A DNA stretch of 64,000 bases from Amphiscolops sp. MND2022 (Eukaryota), in contig OZ076409.1 of NCBI GenBank assembly GCA_964187785.1, positions 68,016,001 through 68,080,000 of the forward strand, in the 5' to 3' direction. The translations under genes were made by a program, and so were the position numbers. The notes below the pieces were generated by a model that worked only from the letters and a program-made list of their open reading frames with translations, was not told where the DNA came from and ran no database searches. Each line of letters opens with the position of its first letter. The stretch's first letter is position 1. Positions 35,279 through 46,757 of the stretch are shown here, one piece after another.

Positions 35279-35624
35279 TTTTTAGTCGGCGCTTGTGGTA
35301 GAAAAACGGAGACTATAGTAGTGACTTTTTTTAAGACCAACGAAGTGACAGATTTTATAAGCTTTATAAGCTGACTTTAAATAACACTAAATGCCACACT
35401 ACTTCTACCGGCACTTGCGATAGAGGTTAATTAGGCTTTTTTGAGGTCCCCTTTTACATTTTTCGGCACTATGTGACTTACGTGAGACCAAAAAAATTGA
35501 AGAAAAAATTCGAATTTTCATTTTTTCCCTCATACTGTAGAAGAGAATACTTGACACTTTGAAGTCCTTTTGCTATTTTTGAGCCTTAGATATGGCGCCG
35601 ATTTGGGCCGTTCCCGGCTTGTTT
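35279..35624 (+). mobile_element. Family B non-autonomous element (Helentron-like)
   Basis: 5' TTTTAGTCGGCGC, 3' GGCGCCGA(C/T)T followed by a GCCGTTCCCGGC hairpin and TTGTTT. Confidence 0.7.
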
Positions 35625-35914
35625 GGTATTGTAAAACGGTCTGGAAAAAATCATCACTTAAATATGAATGAATATGGTGCATTTGCAGCTTTGATTGGGC
35701 GCTGACTTGGCCTGTTCAATTGGCCTGAATTTCTGAGCTTGTTCAATAATCCTATGGGGTGGAAAGTTGAATTGATTTTCGAAATCCGCCTATGACAGTC
35801 CTTGTACGGCTCGGCTCTCTTGGTGTTTCGGGTGAAAGTTTTGATGTGTAGGCCTTGCTGTGATTTTTTTATCGCCAACGTAGCTTCTACTGGTGATATG
35901 CCTTTTCAGTTGAA

Positions 35915-38900
35915 ATGACGAGTGACTCTTCTGGAGGTGGTATAGGTGGCCCAGTTGGTGATATTCTGATTTACCCCGAAGCAGAGGCGTACGTCACTTC
36001 TTTCTCAAAGGAGCCGTTTACTATCAAAGATATTGGATCGCCAAAGTTAGTATGAAGAGCGAGTCGCTTTGACTCAATGGCTTTAATGTGATAAACTCAC
36101 TGTAAATGTGGCAAAATGTGAAGCTATTTCGTTCGAGGGCACGTAAACCTGACTTCGTAGCTATTTTTGAAGAACAATTACCGTACAAACCATTTTGCAA
36201 ATATTTAGGAATACGCTTGAACAGTAGTCTGAAATTTAAGAGCATTTTGATTACGTTGTGAAAGTCACGGACTGTTGTTACGAGCGCGTCATTTATATCC
36301 ACAGAAATGTCTTAATGTTCTACGGTTCTTTTGTCAAGTCTGTAATTTGCTATTTACTATTAGTTTATAAGACAGCTGCAAAAAGTAATTTGAAAAAAAA
36401 TTGAAAGCGCACACAGACGAATCTCGAGGGCATTTTTAAAGCGAAATTTGAAATAAACTCTTACGGTTTTTGAGCAGTAGATTGTAGCGCTTGGTAAAGA
36501 TTTTTTTAGCAATGTCGTCACGAAGCGCCCATGTCATATATTTCGAAATTGAACACACGAACGGATGTGTTCCCGACTTGGTGGAATTCGGAAGATCTTT
36601 TTTGATTCAATGACATGTAAGTTTATTGAAGATCTATATGCCGGGTTTAGTTCTCGGGGCGATGTCTAGAAGAGCACTAAAGCTCATACCTGCTCTTTTT
36701 TGTATGTTTTAAATTAGAAATGAATTGACGGTTTGTATTATTTTATACTTTTGTATAATATGAAACTAACTGTTTTTCCTTATACAGTGGAATCCGCCTT
36801 ATTCGTATCGCTAGGGACCGAATAAAATAGTACGAATAGTGAGAAATACGAATTCACCGAATGATATTACTTTGATCGTCACGAAATGGGGGTCTCAAAT
36901 CCATACGAATTAGACGATGATCCGAATTATCCGGATACGAATTAACCGGAGTTGACTGTAACATCCAATCCAAGTTAATGAACTTTTCTTTCGCAAATAT
37001 TTCGTTTGATTTATTTTCTTTGCCTCGTTTCTCCTACTGGGGCTCTTATGACGCTGTAGTCAATAAGTAAGTAAATGTTCATGCACCGTTCATTTTGGAA
37101 ATCGTATTCCAAATTGTTTTGTTGAAAAGTTTTACCCAATGTGTGTTAAATGAGCAAAATCAAAAAGTTGAATTTGGCATGAATTATCTGGCATCCAGGT
37201 ATGTATGGATGTCACGAAAGTTGCGTCAGAAAAGCGTTGGAAAGAATTCGGAAGTCTTCATAATAGTTTGGTTTTCTCACTTGACTGAGAATGATCAATT
37301 ATCGCCCGCCACTCGTTATGATTGAAATATTCGCTAAGAAATCGAACGTTATTCACTCTGATCGGTGTTCTTTCAGATGGCTGCAATATCACGAATACGT
37401 GGAGAAGTTGAGTCAACAGGCAGTTTTGTCTGCGACCACTAAACAAAACGAATTTGTCATGGAGTTACTCGTTGAACATGAAAAGGTTGCTAATATTTAT
37501 CTAGTCTCTCGAAACTAATGAATACTATTTCACAGACAAGCTTCCTCTGTAATATGGACACTTACAACATTTGGTTCCATGGCATTGTCATGTGATATCA
37601 ATACTCACGGTCTTTTTAGTCGGCGCTTTCGTAGTTTGATAAGCTGTTGCTTAGTAACTTGTAACTTCTACTGCCACTTGGCAGAGATCCGATTTTTTAG
37701 AATGGGTTTTTTGTTGGTTCCAGTTGGGAAAAAAGTGGTTTTCGAATCTTATGCGTATCCCTTCGGGTATTTTTGGCACTGTGAAATTGAAATTTTAACA
37801 ATAGTGTCCTTTTGCATGCTTAAAAAACTTTACTCTGTTGAACCTTGAGTGAGACGCCGACTTGACCCGTTCCCGGCTTGTTTCATTTAGAAACATACAT
37901 TTTGAACGCTGAAATGAAATTCGAAAGTTGCAGTAATTTATGGGACATAAAGCGTACAGGGGACGCCCTTTAATTCTCGTTGCTCTTAAGAAATTTTTGA
38001 TCCTTATTAATTTTTGTTGAAACCTCTTGAATGCCTCTATGATCCTAACCAAACTTCACTGCTTTTCAAGTGATAGAAAGGGACTTTTTTGAAACGTATA
38101 TTCTAACTAAACTAGCTAATTCTAACCCATTAACTAAACTAGTGGAAGCTAATATGCCGAATACAGAACCTTCCGTGTTGAGAAAATAACAGTTTTGTGT
38201 TGAAGTTTCCATTCTCTGTCTTTAGCATCCATTTGGTCCTATTTTTGTTCGAGAAAACGGTCAGTTGTCAACGTGTATAGTTAGTCGAAACTTTTATTCT
38301 AAGGTCAGCTCTTGGCGAAACTATTTTATGAACCTGTTGACCTTCAAAACTTGAAAGGCATGTTTTGCACCCTTTTGATGACTTTTAGCTAGGGGTCCTC
38401 ATCGCAGATGTCATCAGTGTGGAATTGTGGAGGGACAAAGTGTTCCATGCGTACATTGCGCGCATGGAGAAGTCACAGTTCAACCCTAAGAGCACTCTTC
38501 CTCTCTACATGACTCTGTACCACGAAGCGTGTGTCATGAATCTGTTGGAGACAGTATTGTATCACAGTGTAAGCTCCTAAATTGATCATACTAGTCCAGG
38601 TTGACTGCCGAGAACTTTCAGAATTGTTGAAATGCTATTATCAAAGATTTGTCCGTGAACTTGAGATGGAGTTTTTTACTGACCTTTTTTTCTACGTACC
38701 AATTGGTCAACCGCCATTTTTAGGGTGTGCACGAATTTCATCAACTCTAAAAGTCTCGTGTAATAAAGATCCCATGCATTTGGACAATATATCTACAATT
38801 TTCTCGATATGATGTTATTTACTCTCTAAAAAGTTGTTCTCAGGCTGAAAATCAGCATTAGGAAGCATTTCCAGAGTTTTGAAGCATGATTCATTGACAG

Positions 38901-41900
38901 CTATAAGTAAGGACTGCTTATTAGGACGCGATGGAATGTGCGGCAGAAAGCGGAGGGTTGCTGGACTTAGCTGACTACTGCCAAAGGCAACTTGTCTTTC
39001 TTTCCACATGTTCTTCCGCTTCGTCCTCTTCAGAAATTCTCGATTCACTTTTTGATGCCAAGTTATGCTCCCAGGGTGAATCGGAATCTGATTTGGAGGT
39101 TTGTATAAGCAATAATTTAATCTTTTTTACGTTGCAATCAGTAGCTTCCATTAATTAAAGCGATTGTGTTTATTTGATAGCAACATTTTTTCCGAAAGCT
39201 ATTCTCCTTTTATGAGTAATTTATATATGATATAATTGAGTCTTGTTCGACATTCAATTTCAATCCGGTTTTTCAATTCATGTTTTTTAAACCCAATTGC
39301 CCAATTGTTTGGAAATTTTAGTCATGACTTACCAATATTTTATGAAACTAGATGATTTGTTGAATGGTTTCAGTACCTGTCGAGACAAGCAACCAAAATC
39401 AGATTCGAGGCTGCCCTGAAGTGCATTAGTGTTGTTCGATACTTCACCGACTATTTAAATTCGTGAGTTCGCTTTCACATCTGCCTATTTCTATGGGGCA
39501 CTAATTACAGCGGAAGTGTCATTCAATGGTTAAGAGGGATCTGTAGGTCCGCTACACTTTGCGATATTGCCATTCGAGGCAAGGTTCCATCGATACTAGA
39601 AGGTCCTAATTAAAGGAGGCTGACGATTTTCACCGTCATAACATTTGACACACAGCAAGAAGCAACACTAGAGATTTGACAATTTTGAAATTAGATTTTT
39701 TTTTGTATTTTTGATTTTTTTTGTAATATCGCTTGAGCAAGGTTGTGTTTCAGTCTTCCAATCAGTGTGGTGACGCGGCTGTTCAAAACAAATGATATGC
39801 CATTGTTACTTGTTGAGTTAGTGCAATCATCTCCCTGGATGAAACGAGATGCCAAATCAGGTTGGATTTTTTTCGTGAAAAAGTTTCATCGCGTTGCAAA
39901 ACTGTTTCGACAGTTTGTATGAGCCAGACAGTCATTTCCACGAGTTTGAAAAAAGTTGGATCTGGACTTGTAAATAGTTTGACAACAACACATAAACCCA
40001 CAGTGACTTCCCTTGTCTATTCAGTATTTTCGATGTCATCCAATGAGTTCTTTTCATTATTGAAAAACAAATTTAAATTTTTAGATGAAGTTTCGAAATA
40101 CAGTGGATCCCGGATATAAGAAACTCGCTTATAAGAAATGCCCGCTTATAGTCAATGCGTATCTTGGCCCCGACTGGAAATTTCATTCCTTTCAAAACCC
40201 GGATATAAGAAAGTTCGATTATAAGAAACACCACTGTCGTTCCCCTGACGTTGATTATATCCGGGATCCATTGTAGTATTAAAAGGTGTCATGACTTTCA
40301 GGAAAGATTCTGAAGCTGATAGATCAGAAGTGGGAAGTAATTCCCCCAAGTGACATTCACAAGCTGACTAACATTGAGGGTCAGATTTGGTTGTCTCTGT
40401 ACCAGTTTGTGTTCAACCCAGAAACCAACAGAAAATACGAAATGACCAATCACTCCAAAGAGCAGTTTGCAAAGGTTAGTAGTGCCCGTGATGTTCGCCA
40501 TTTACGAAACTCGGATATGTGGCCAAGATAGTGAGCGTTTACATTAGGTATGAATGACGCCTTTACATTTGAACCCCCATGACTAGTAGTGTGCCACTTT
40601 CGAAAATTTTCCCTTCAATTTTTCCTTCTCAATTAGTAAAACACGTTTTCCGAGCCTGAAGCTTCCTCTTTTAGGTTTTTCGGGGGAAATGTGCGTCTTT
40701 TTCGATGGTATTTTTTTCAAGAAATATTTTTTGATGCTTGAGACGTTCTCGTCTTGTTTGAATTCATTTACAGATGCTCAGATTCAAAAACTTGTCCTGA
40801 ATTTCAGTTGATCAGTCACTTGAATGATATAGTGATTGACCAAATTCCTGCTCTCGGTCAATTGAAGGAATTCCTTCTCCGGATGCAGATGCAAAACTTT
40901 CCAGACCAGCTCAGCTCGCAGCCAATCATCGAACAGCTGCCCGAAATCAGAGACAGAATGGAAAGCGCTAATTCAGGCAAATGGGCCTCAATCGCCAAAT
41001 ACCAAGTTACACACTATTTCACACCCTCGGAAAACGACCTTAAGAAAATGGCTTCGAAGTTAGTTTTTAGTCGGCGCTTTTCTTAAGAAAAGAGCCCGAC
41101 TATTACAGTCACTCGTTTTTTTTTTTATTTAAGACAGACTCGAAGCGACGAACGTTAAAATTAACGTTCAACTACTAAATAAGTACTAAACTACTGGACC
41201 GCTAAAGGCAAACGGGGAGCGCATTCATTTACTTTTTCAACGTTACATACAAGCCCGGACGGGACTAAAGTTTCGTACCCCCCCCCCCCCCTTTCGATTT
41301 TTTTCGGCGCTGTGAGATTTTTTTTTCGAATTTTTTTTAATGTCCCCAAAGGGTCCCCCCTTTGAGTTTTTTGTTATTTTGCTACAGAATGCGTGTTTAT
41401 AAATCAAAAAGGGTCCCCCCTTTTACATTTTTCGGCACTGTGCGACATTTTCCGAAAGAAATTTTTTTTTCGAAAATTTCAAGTTTTTTTTCCAAAAAAA
41501 TGTTTTGCGCTTTTTGAGCCTTACATATAGCGCCGACTTGAGGCGTTCTCGTCTTGTTCACTTTAGATCTGTCTGTAATTAGGTTTAATGTGATGATCGA
41601 ATGTTTTCATCTTGAAATGAAGTGTTTTTATTTTTCTAGTCAGCGTATTTCGTAAGAAAACGTGCCCGGCGATCACAGTGGCTAGTTTTTTCTCCAGACT
41701 ACCAACTGTCTGAATGGTCTAATTTTTACATTGATCATTTCACATTTTAACAAAAATTGCAAAGCTGCAGTATACCGAAACTGGGACAGAGGACGCTTTG
41801 CTCTCATGTATTCTTTCAGTCAGAAAAAAGTTTTGTTTGAGCCCAAAAAATCCTTGTCAATATTTCGGGCACCGAGATTTTTTACAGAATACCTTGAGCA

Positions 41901-42472
41901 TATTTCAAAAAAGTTTTGACTGTTGAGCATTGAGATGCCGGCTTGACATTCCCGTTTGTTTTTGATATTTTCCTGAACATTCTGATTCGCTCGGTGACTG
42001 AGAAAGGAAAAAGCTGAGGGAACTACCAGAAAGATAGTTTGAATCATCCCTTTTCAGTAGCCATGAAATTTTCAATCACTGGTTGTACCAGGTAGCTAGC
42101 TAATTCATTGAAAATTGGACCATTTACTGTTTCAGTTTTGCTTCTCTGTATGACTCAGAGGCTCTGGACGTGATTCTCCCAGGGGTTCCCAAATGTTTCT
42201 TGTGTGGTCAGGACGCCACCAAGCGGTGCAGTAAATGCAAAATCATCTGGTACTGCTCTCGGTTGGTATACTTTAATCATCTTGCCGCTTGTTTAAAATC
42301 ACTGTTTAGTGCTTTCAATGTGGCGTCATCAGCATTGTGGTTATACACATAATATTAAATACGAAAATGTGGAACTTTTCATGCTTACTAAGCAATTATT
42401 TTTGTTTCCAGGGAATGTCAAGTTTCTGACTGGAAAGAACACAAAACCAAATGTGCCTCAATGGCGAAGTAA
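35915..42472 (+). CDS. ZMYND10: Zinc finger MYND domain-containing protein 10 (dynein arm assembly factor)
   Basis: Ten GT-AG exons: 35915-36045, 37377-37485, 38389-38568, 38925-39098, 39374-39462, 39754-39860, 40302-40474, 40808-41058, 42136-42261, 42412-42472. Motifs EAEAYV..DIGSPKW..HEYVEKL..QA, LYHEA..NLLETVLYH, LLVELV..SPW, EGQIWL, DQIPAL and the MYND finger CFLC..KRCSKC..WYCSRECQ..DWKEHK..C. Confidence 0.95.
36785..36958. mobile_element. Tigger/pogo-type MITE
   Basis: Imperfect TIR CAGT..TCCG..ATTCGTATC at both ends, TA flanks. Confidence 0.7.
37613..37883 (+). mobile_element. Family B element (short copy)
   Basis: Same TTTTAGTCGGCGC start and CGCCGACTTG..CCGTTCCCGGCTTGTTT end. Confidence 0.65.
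40101..40273. mobile_element. Tigger/pogo-type MITE
   Basis: TIR CAGTGGATCCCGGATATAA / TTATATCCGGGATCCATTG, TA TSD. Confidence 0.8.
41064..41558 (+). mobile_element. Family B element inserted 5 nt after a ZMYND10 splice donor
   Basis: TTTTTAGTCGGCGC .. GCGCCGACTTGAGGCGTTCTCGTCTTGTT. Confidence 0.7.
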
Positions 42473-42820
42473 ACTGGAAGAAAGTATAATCTAAACTTGC
42501 CCGAAATATGCTGTGAAGGAGTTGCTTTCTCTATAAATACATCATTCTAATGTTCATATTGTGCAGAAATTGTAAATAGAGACTAAAAATTTAAATGAAC
42601 TTTCTGTTTCTTTTCTACTAGAAAAGATCTAGGCTTCGTCCGATGTTTTCAAGTGAATCCTTTTCCAAAGACGAGATTTTCAACTTGGCTTTTAGCGTCA
42701 AAGATCAGTTGTAAGATCAAAGAAGCATCACCAGGCCACCAGAGCGTGTCAAGAACCAGAGGAACCTTTAAGTCTGAGGCTCATGATATTGCCCGATATT
42801 GAATACCTTCTTGTAATATA

Positions 42821-43246
42821 CCCTCGACAGTATACCGAGAAGTTGAAAAAGTGACAAAAAATAGCTTCGCCGGGCCTTTCAAATGACACTCGAACTTTTC
42901 CCTGAAGCTTCATTAAAAAAACTTCTATATGCGGTTTCAATGGTGGCAAACTGTGTTAAGAGAGTGACAGTAACTTAGCAAACAGTTGCTGTGTTATAGA
43001 GAAAAGGTTAATTTTCTGAAAAGTATCTTTTTTGCAAATTTTCACTTTTTTCTAGTTACCTTTTTGCCGGTGGTTCGGAAAACAAACTATATTGACACAA
43101 ATAACAACTCGCCCCAGGTAGTCCAATAGATTGTTGATTAGAAAAACAAAACTTCGTTTTCCTATGAGCTTTTTGCGTTTCGTAATATTTTATTGATTGT
43201 GAAAAAAATCGCTGTCCTCATTTGGGGACAAAAGCACTGTCGAGGA
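42821..43246. mobile_element. MITE family C
   Basis: TIR CCTCGACAGT / ACTGTCGAGG, TA flanks. Homologous to 33935-34411. Confidence 0.8.
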
Positions 43247-43663
43247 TACACTGGTGATTGTCTGTCAATTCCCATTCGCGACTCGTCTGAAATATATTCC
43301 CAGAATACGTGGGTCTTTATTAATTGATATAATAATACTTTTCCGTTCTTCGAAAACACATATGGGCTTATGTCAAAATCTAGCTATATCCGCGTAATAT
43401 TGCTACCGAAAAGCTTCGTAAAATGAAGTTGTCTTTTAAGCAACCCACCGTATATTGGCCTCAACTTTAATCGGATGGGATAGAAAATGGGTTTTGGAAG
43501 GAATGCAGTTAGTTTAGTATGGTTGAATCAAAAGTCTGTTGTACCAGACGGGAATAGTATTGGCTCGAAAAGATAGACGTGGCCTTGAAACGAATAGCAT
43601 CCGTGCAATTGTGGAAAGACTGAAAAATTCTTTACTTGGATTGCAAAATAAATTTGAAAATAG

Positions 43664-45330
43664 AAAAGCCAGGAACGGCCGAAGTTGGCGCCATATCTAA
43701 GACTCAAAAATAGCAAAAGGACTTCAAAGTGTCAAGTATTCTCTTCTACAGCACCCAAATGAGTGAAAAATTTGAGTCGCATAGTGCCGAAAAATGTAAA
43801 AGGAGGACCTTTGGAGATAGCAAAAAATAAAAAAATTCAAGGGAGGGACCCTTTGGAGACTTCAAAAAAGGCGAAAAAAGTCTCACAAAGCCGAAACAAC
43901 ATGTACAAAAAAATTTTGGTCAAGGGCGAGATTCGAACCCACACCCTTCTGCTTGGCAGACCTCAAAAAATCCTAATTAACCTCCATGCCAAGTGGCAGT
44001 AGAAGTTACAAGCTTAGTGGCAGTTAGTGGAAGCAACAGCTTCAGCTTATAAAGCTTATGAAATCTACGAAAGCGCCGATTAAAAACTTTGAAAATGCTA
44101 TTGAACCCACAACTCCTTGACCACACGCTTCGTAGTTAAATTGCGGAAAACGCTCAGAAGTTCGGATACAGCGCGCTGAGACAAATACGAGCTTTTTCCC
44201 AATCCTTCGCCTCCTCAGTAAAGCGCAAATTATAACGTCAGAACTTCTAATATTGCGTGCTGGGACAAATGAGAGCGCTTGTTTGAACCTCCACCTCCTC
44301 TTTAGTGAAACGCAGTTTACTTCTGATATTACGCCAAAAATTCGACTAGTATTGAAATTAGTGGTGGATATTTATTGAATTTCTAAAATCAGACGAAAAA
44401 ATACTCTTTTCGACAGTTGAAAGAAAATGAAAAATATCAAAAGGGCCTTTTCGTGATTGGAGATATGAAAAATTAAAAGGGAGACCCCAAAATGCCGAAG
44501 AAGTAGCTCAATGCTAAACAAGCCGGGAACGGCCCAAGTTGGCGCCATATCTAAGGCTTAAAAATAGCAAAAGGACTTTCAATTATTCTTTTCTACGGAA
44601 AAAATTGAGTTAAAAATTCCGAATTTTTTTTTAATTTTTTTTCGAAATTTTTTTTGGTCTCCGGTAAGTCGCATAGTGCCGAAAAATGTAAAAGGGGGCC
44701 CTTAGGGAGTTTTTGAACATCCATTCTTTTGTAAAATAGAAAAAAAAAGGAAGGGGGACACTTTGGAGACATTAAAAAAATTTGCGAAAAAAAGTCTCAC
44801 AAAGCCGAAAAACCCTCCACAAAAATTTTTGGTCCTGGGCGGGACTCAAACCCGTCCTTCTGCTTGGCAAACCTCAAAAAGTTGAAGCTACATTAGTGTG
44901 GCAATTAGTGGAAGCCAGCTTATAAAGCTTATAAAATCTGTCACTTCGTTGGTTTTAAAAAAAGAAAAGTCACTGCTATAGTCTGCGTTTTCTACGAAAA
45001 GCGCCTACTAAAAAACGCAAGGTTGATAGTTTGTGCTTTACTTTTATTTAGTTCACGACTTTTAAAACAAGCCGGGAACGGCATGAATCGGCCCCCCTCT
45101 TGAGGCTCAAAAATAGCAAAAAGGGTTTCAGAGTTCATGTATTCTCTTCCACGTACCCAAAAAACCAAAAGGGGAACGGCTTTTTCAACATCCAGTCTGT
45201 TGCAAAAAATCGAAGGGGGACACTTTGGAGTCATTTTGGAAAAGAGAAATTTTTGGAGACAAAATTTTTGAGAAAGTCTCACAGATGCCAAAAAATCGAA
45301 CGGGGACCCTTAAGTTTTGTCGGTATTGTT
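43664..45330 (-). repeat. Cluster of three family B elements (43664-44086, 44516-45015, 45064-~45330)
   Basis: On the + strand each begins with an AAGCC(G/A)GGAACGGC motif. The first two end GCGCC.A.TAAAAA. Confidence 0.7.
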
Positions 45331-45341
45331 ACACTAAATTG

Positions 45342-45687
45342 TAGAGGTGCGCCTGATAGGAAAATTTCCGTCCGCCCGGGCAACCGGACAGGACTGATTG
45401 AAGCCGGAGACCGGCCGAACCGGACATTATCCTTAATTGTAAGCGATGAAGGGCTGTTTTCAGAATTGGGCAATGAGGATTATGAAAAACTATTTCCCCG
45501 CCATAATTTCATGAATTTTGATTCAGGCACAAATTCAATTTTTCGATGCACATACACTTTTTCTAAGTTAGATATTCCAACTATTTAAGATTATTATTTT
45601 AAGATAATATCCGGCGGATGCCGGACAGGACATTTTCCTGGAATCCGGCCGGATACCGAACCGGACTTGTTGTCCGGTACACCTCTA
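45342..45687. mobile_element. hAT-type MITE with CCGG-rich subterminal repeats
   Basis: TIR TAGAGGTG / CACCTCTA, imperfect 8-bp TSD CTAAATTG / CTAAAAAT. Confidence 0.65.
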
Positions 45688-46671
45688 CTAAAAATGAAGC
45701 TATTATAGTTTCTTGGGCCAAATGGTTTAATTAGGCACCTTAAATATCTCAGTGCCGAATTGGTTCGAATTTTATCGGCTCGAAATGACAACCCTATCAA
45801 AACCAACTTACATGCACTTCTTTTGTGACAAAAGCGACTGAGAGACTTTTTAAACCTAACTTGCTGAGGTCAATTAGCAACAGCTAAAATTTTGATTTAA
45901 ACAGTCAAACTTTATACCGATTTTCGAGTGTTTGAACATTAAAAAGTCAATTAAAAAAATGTTTCCACCCTGTTCTGGCATTTGTGAACTAGGACGCTAG
46001 GGGTGCCAGTTTTGCTGTTTTTGAGACCATTTCAATTTAAAATAAAAACGTGATCAACCTAAGCAAACTGCAAAAAACAGCACATTGAACTCCTATTTAA
46101 TAAAGGTGAACGTCTGGATTAAGAATTTGTTGAGAAACAAGCACCGAATCATGGATTTCTACAGAAACTGTTTACAGCTACAATTGTGGGAAATCTACGA
46201 TAGACTAAGTGTGTTAGAAATGTCGAGCTAGATTCTTTCAAGTGTTTGAAAGAAAAAGCATACAATGAAAAGTGAACTAACCTGCCTGACTCAAGCCGCG
46301 TAACAGTGTAAATGAATTCTCAACGAGAGTGAAATTGGACAACAACAATTGATTGACGTGAATTTAAATTAGAATGCGCCTTTTCGGTCATTTCGCAGAA
46401 CTGCTGTCAATTTCACTGAAAGATACTACGTTTCATAGAATCATGTTACGTCATCACCATATATGGTACGACTCACGTCATGGACTTCTTGGAATTTCTA
46501 TGCATTTCAAGGAATCTGGCGCTACTAGTATTTTGTATGTAAATTAACCTGTTTATAGCCTTTATATACGGGGTGCTCAACCTATTATGCATCAATTCAG
46601 ATCAAATAATATTCAATACAATATTCACTTCTACAATCATCTTCAATCGCAATCCTGCTCATAATCCTAGA

Positions 46672-46685
46672 GGTTATGGGCCCAG
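46672..46685 (+). promoter_or_regulatory. Primer binding site of the half-tRNA-iMet type
   Basis: GGTTATGGGCCCAG directly abuts the 5' LTR; this is the PBS type known from Drosophila copia. Confidence 0.8.
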
Positions 46686-46757
46686 TCTAACAACTCTCAG
46701 ACGTGCTCAACTTGTGGAAGACGTGCCTGGCTCAATCTAGACGAACTAGCTTCCAAG

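Noticed and set aside
36512..36613. ATG-initiated short ORF considered as ZMYND10 exon 1
   Set aside because: No similarity to ZMYND10; exon 35915-36045 fits in sequence and phase.
45100..45588. 162-aa ORF
   Set aside because: Spans a family B repeat and an hAT MITE; spurious.
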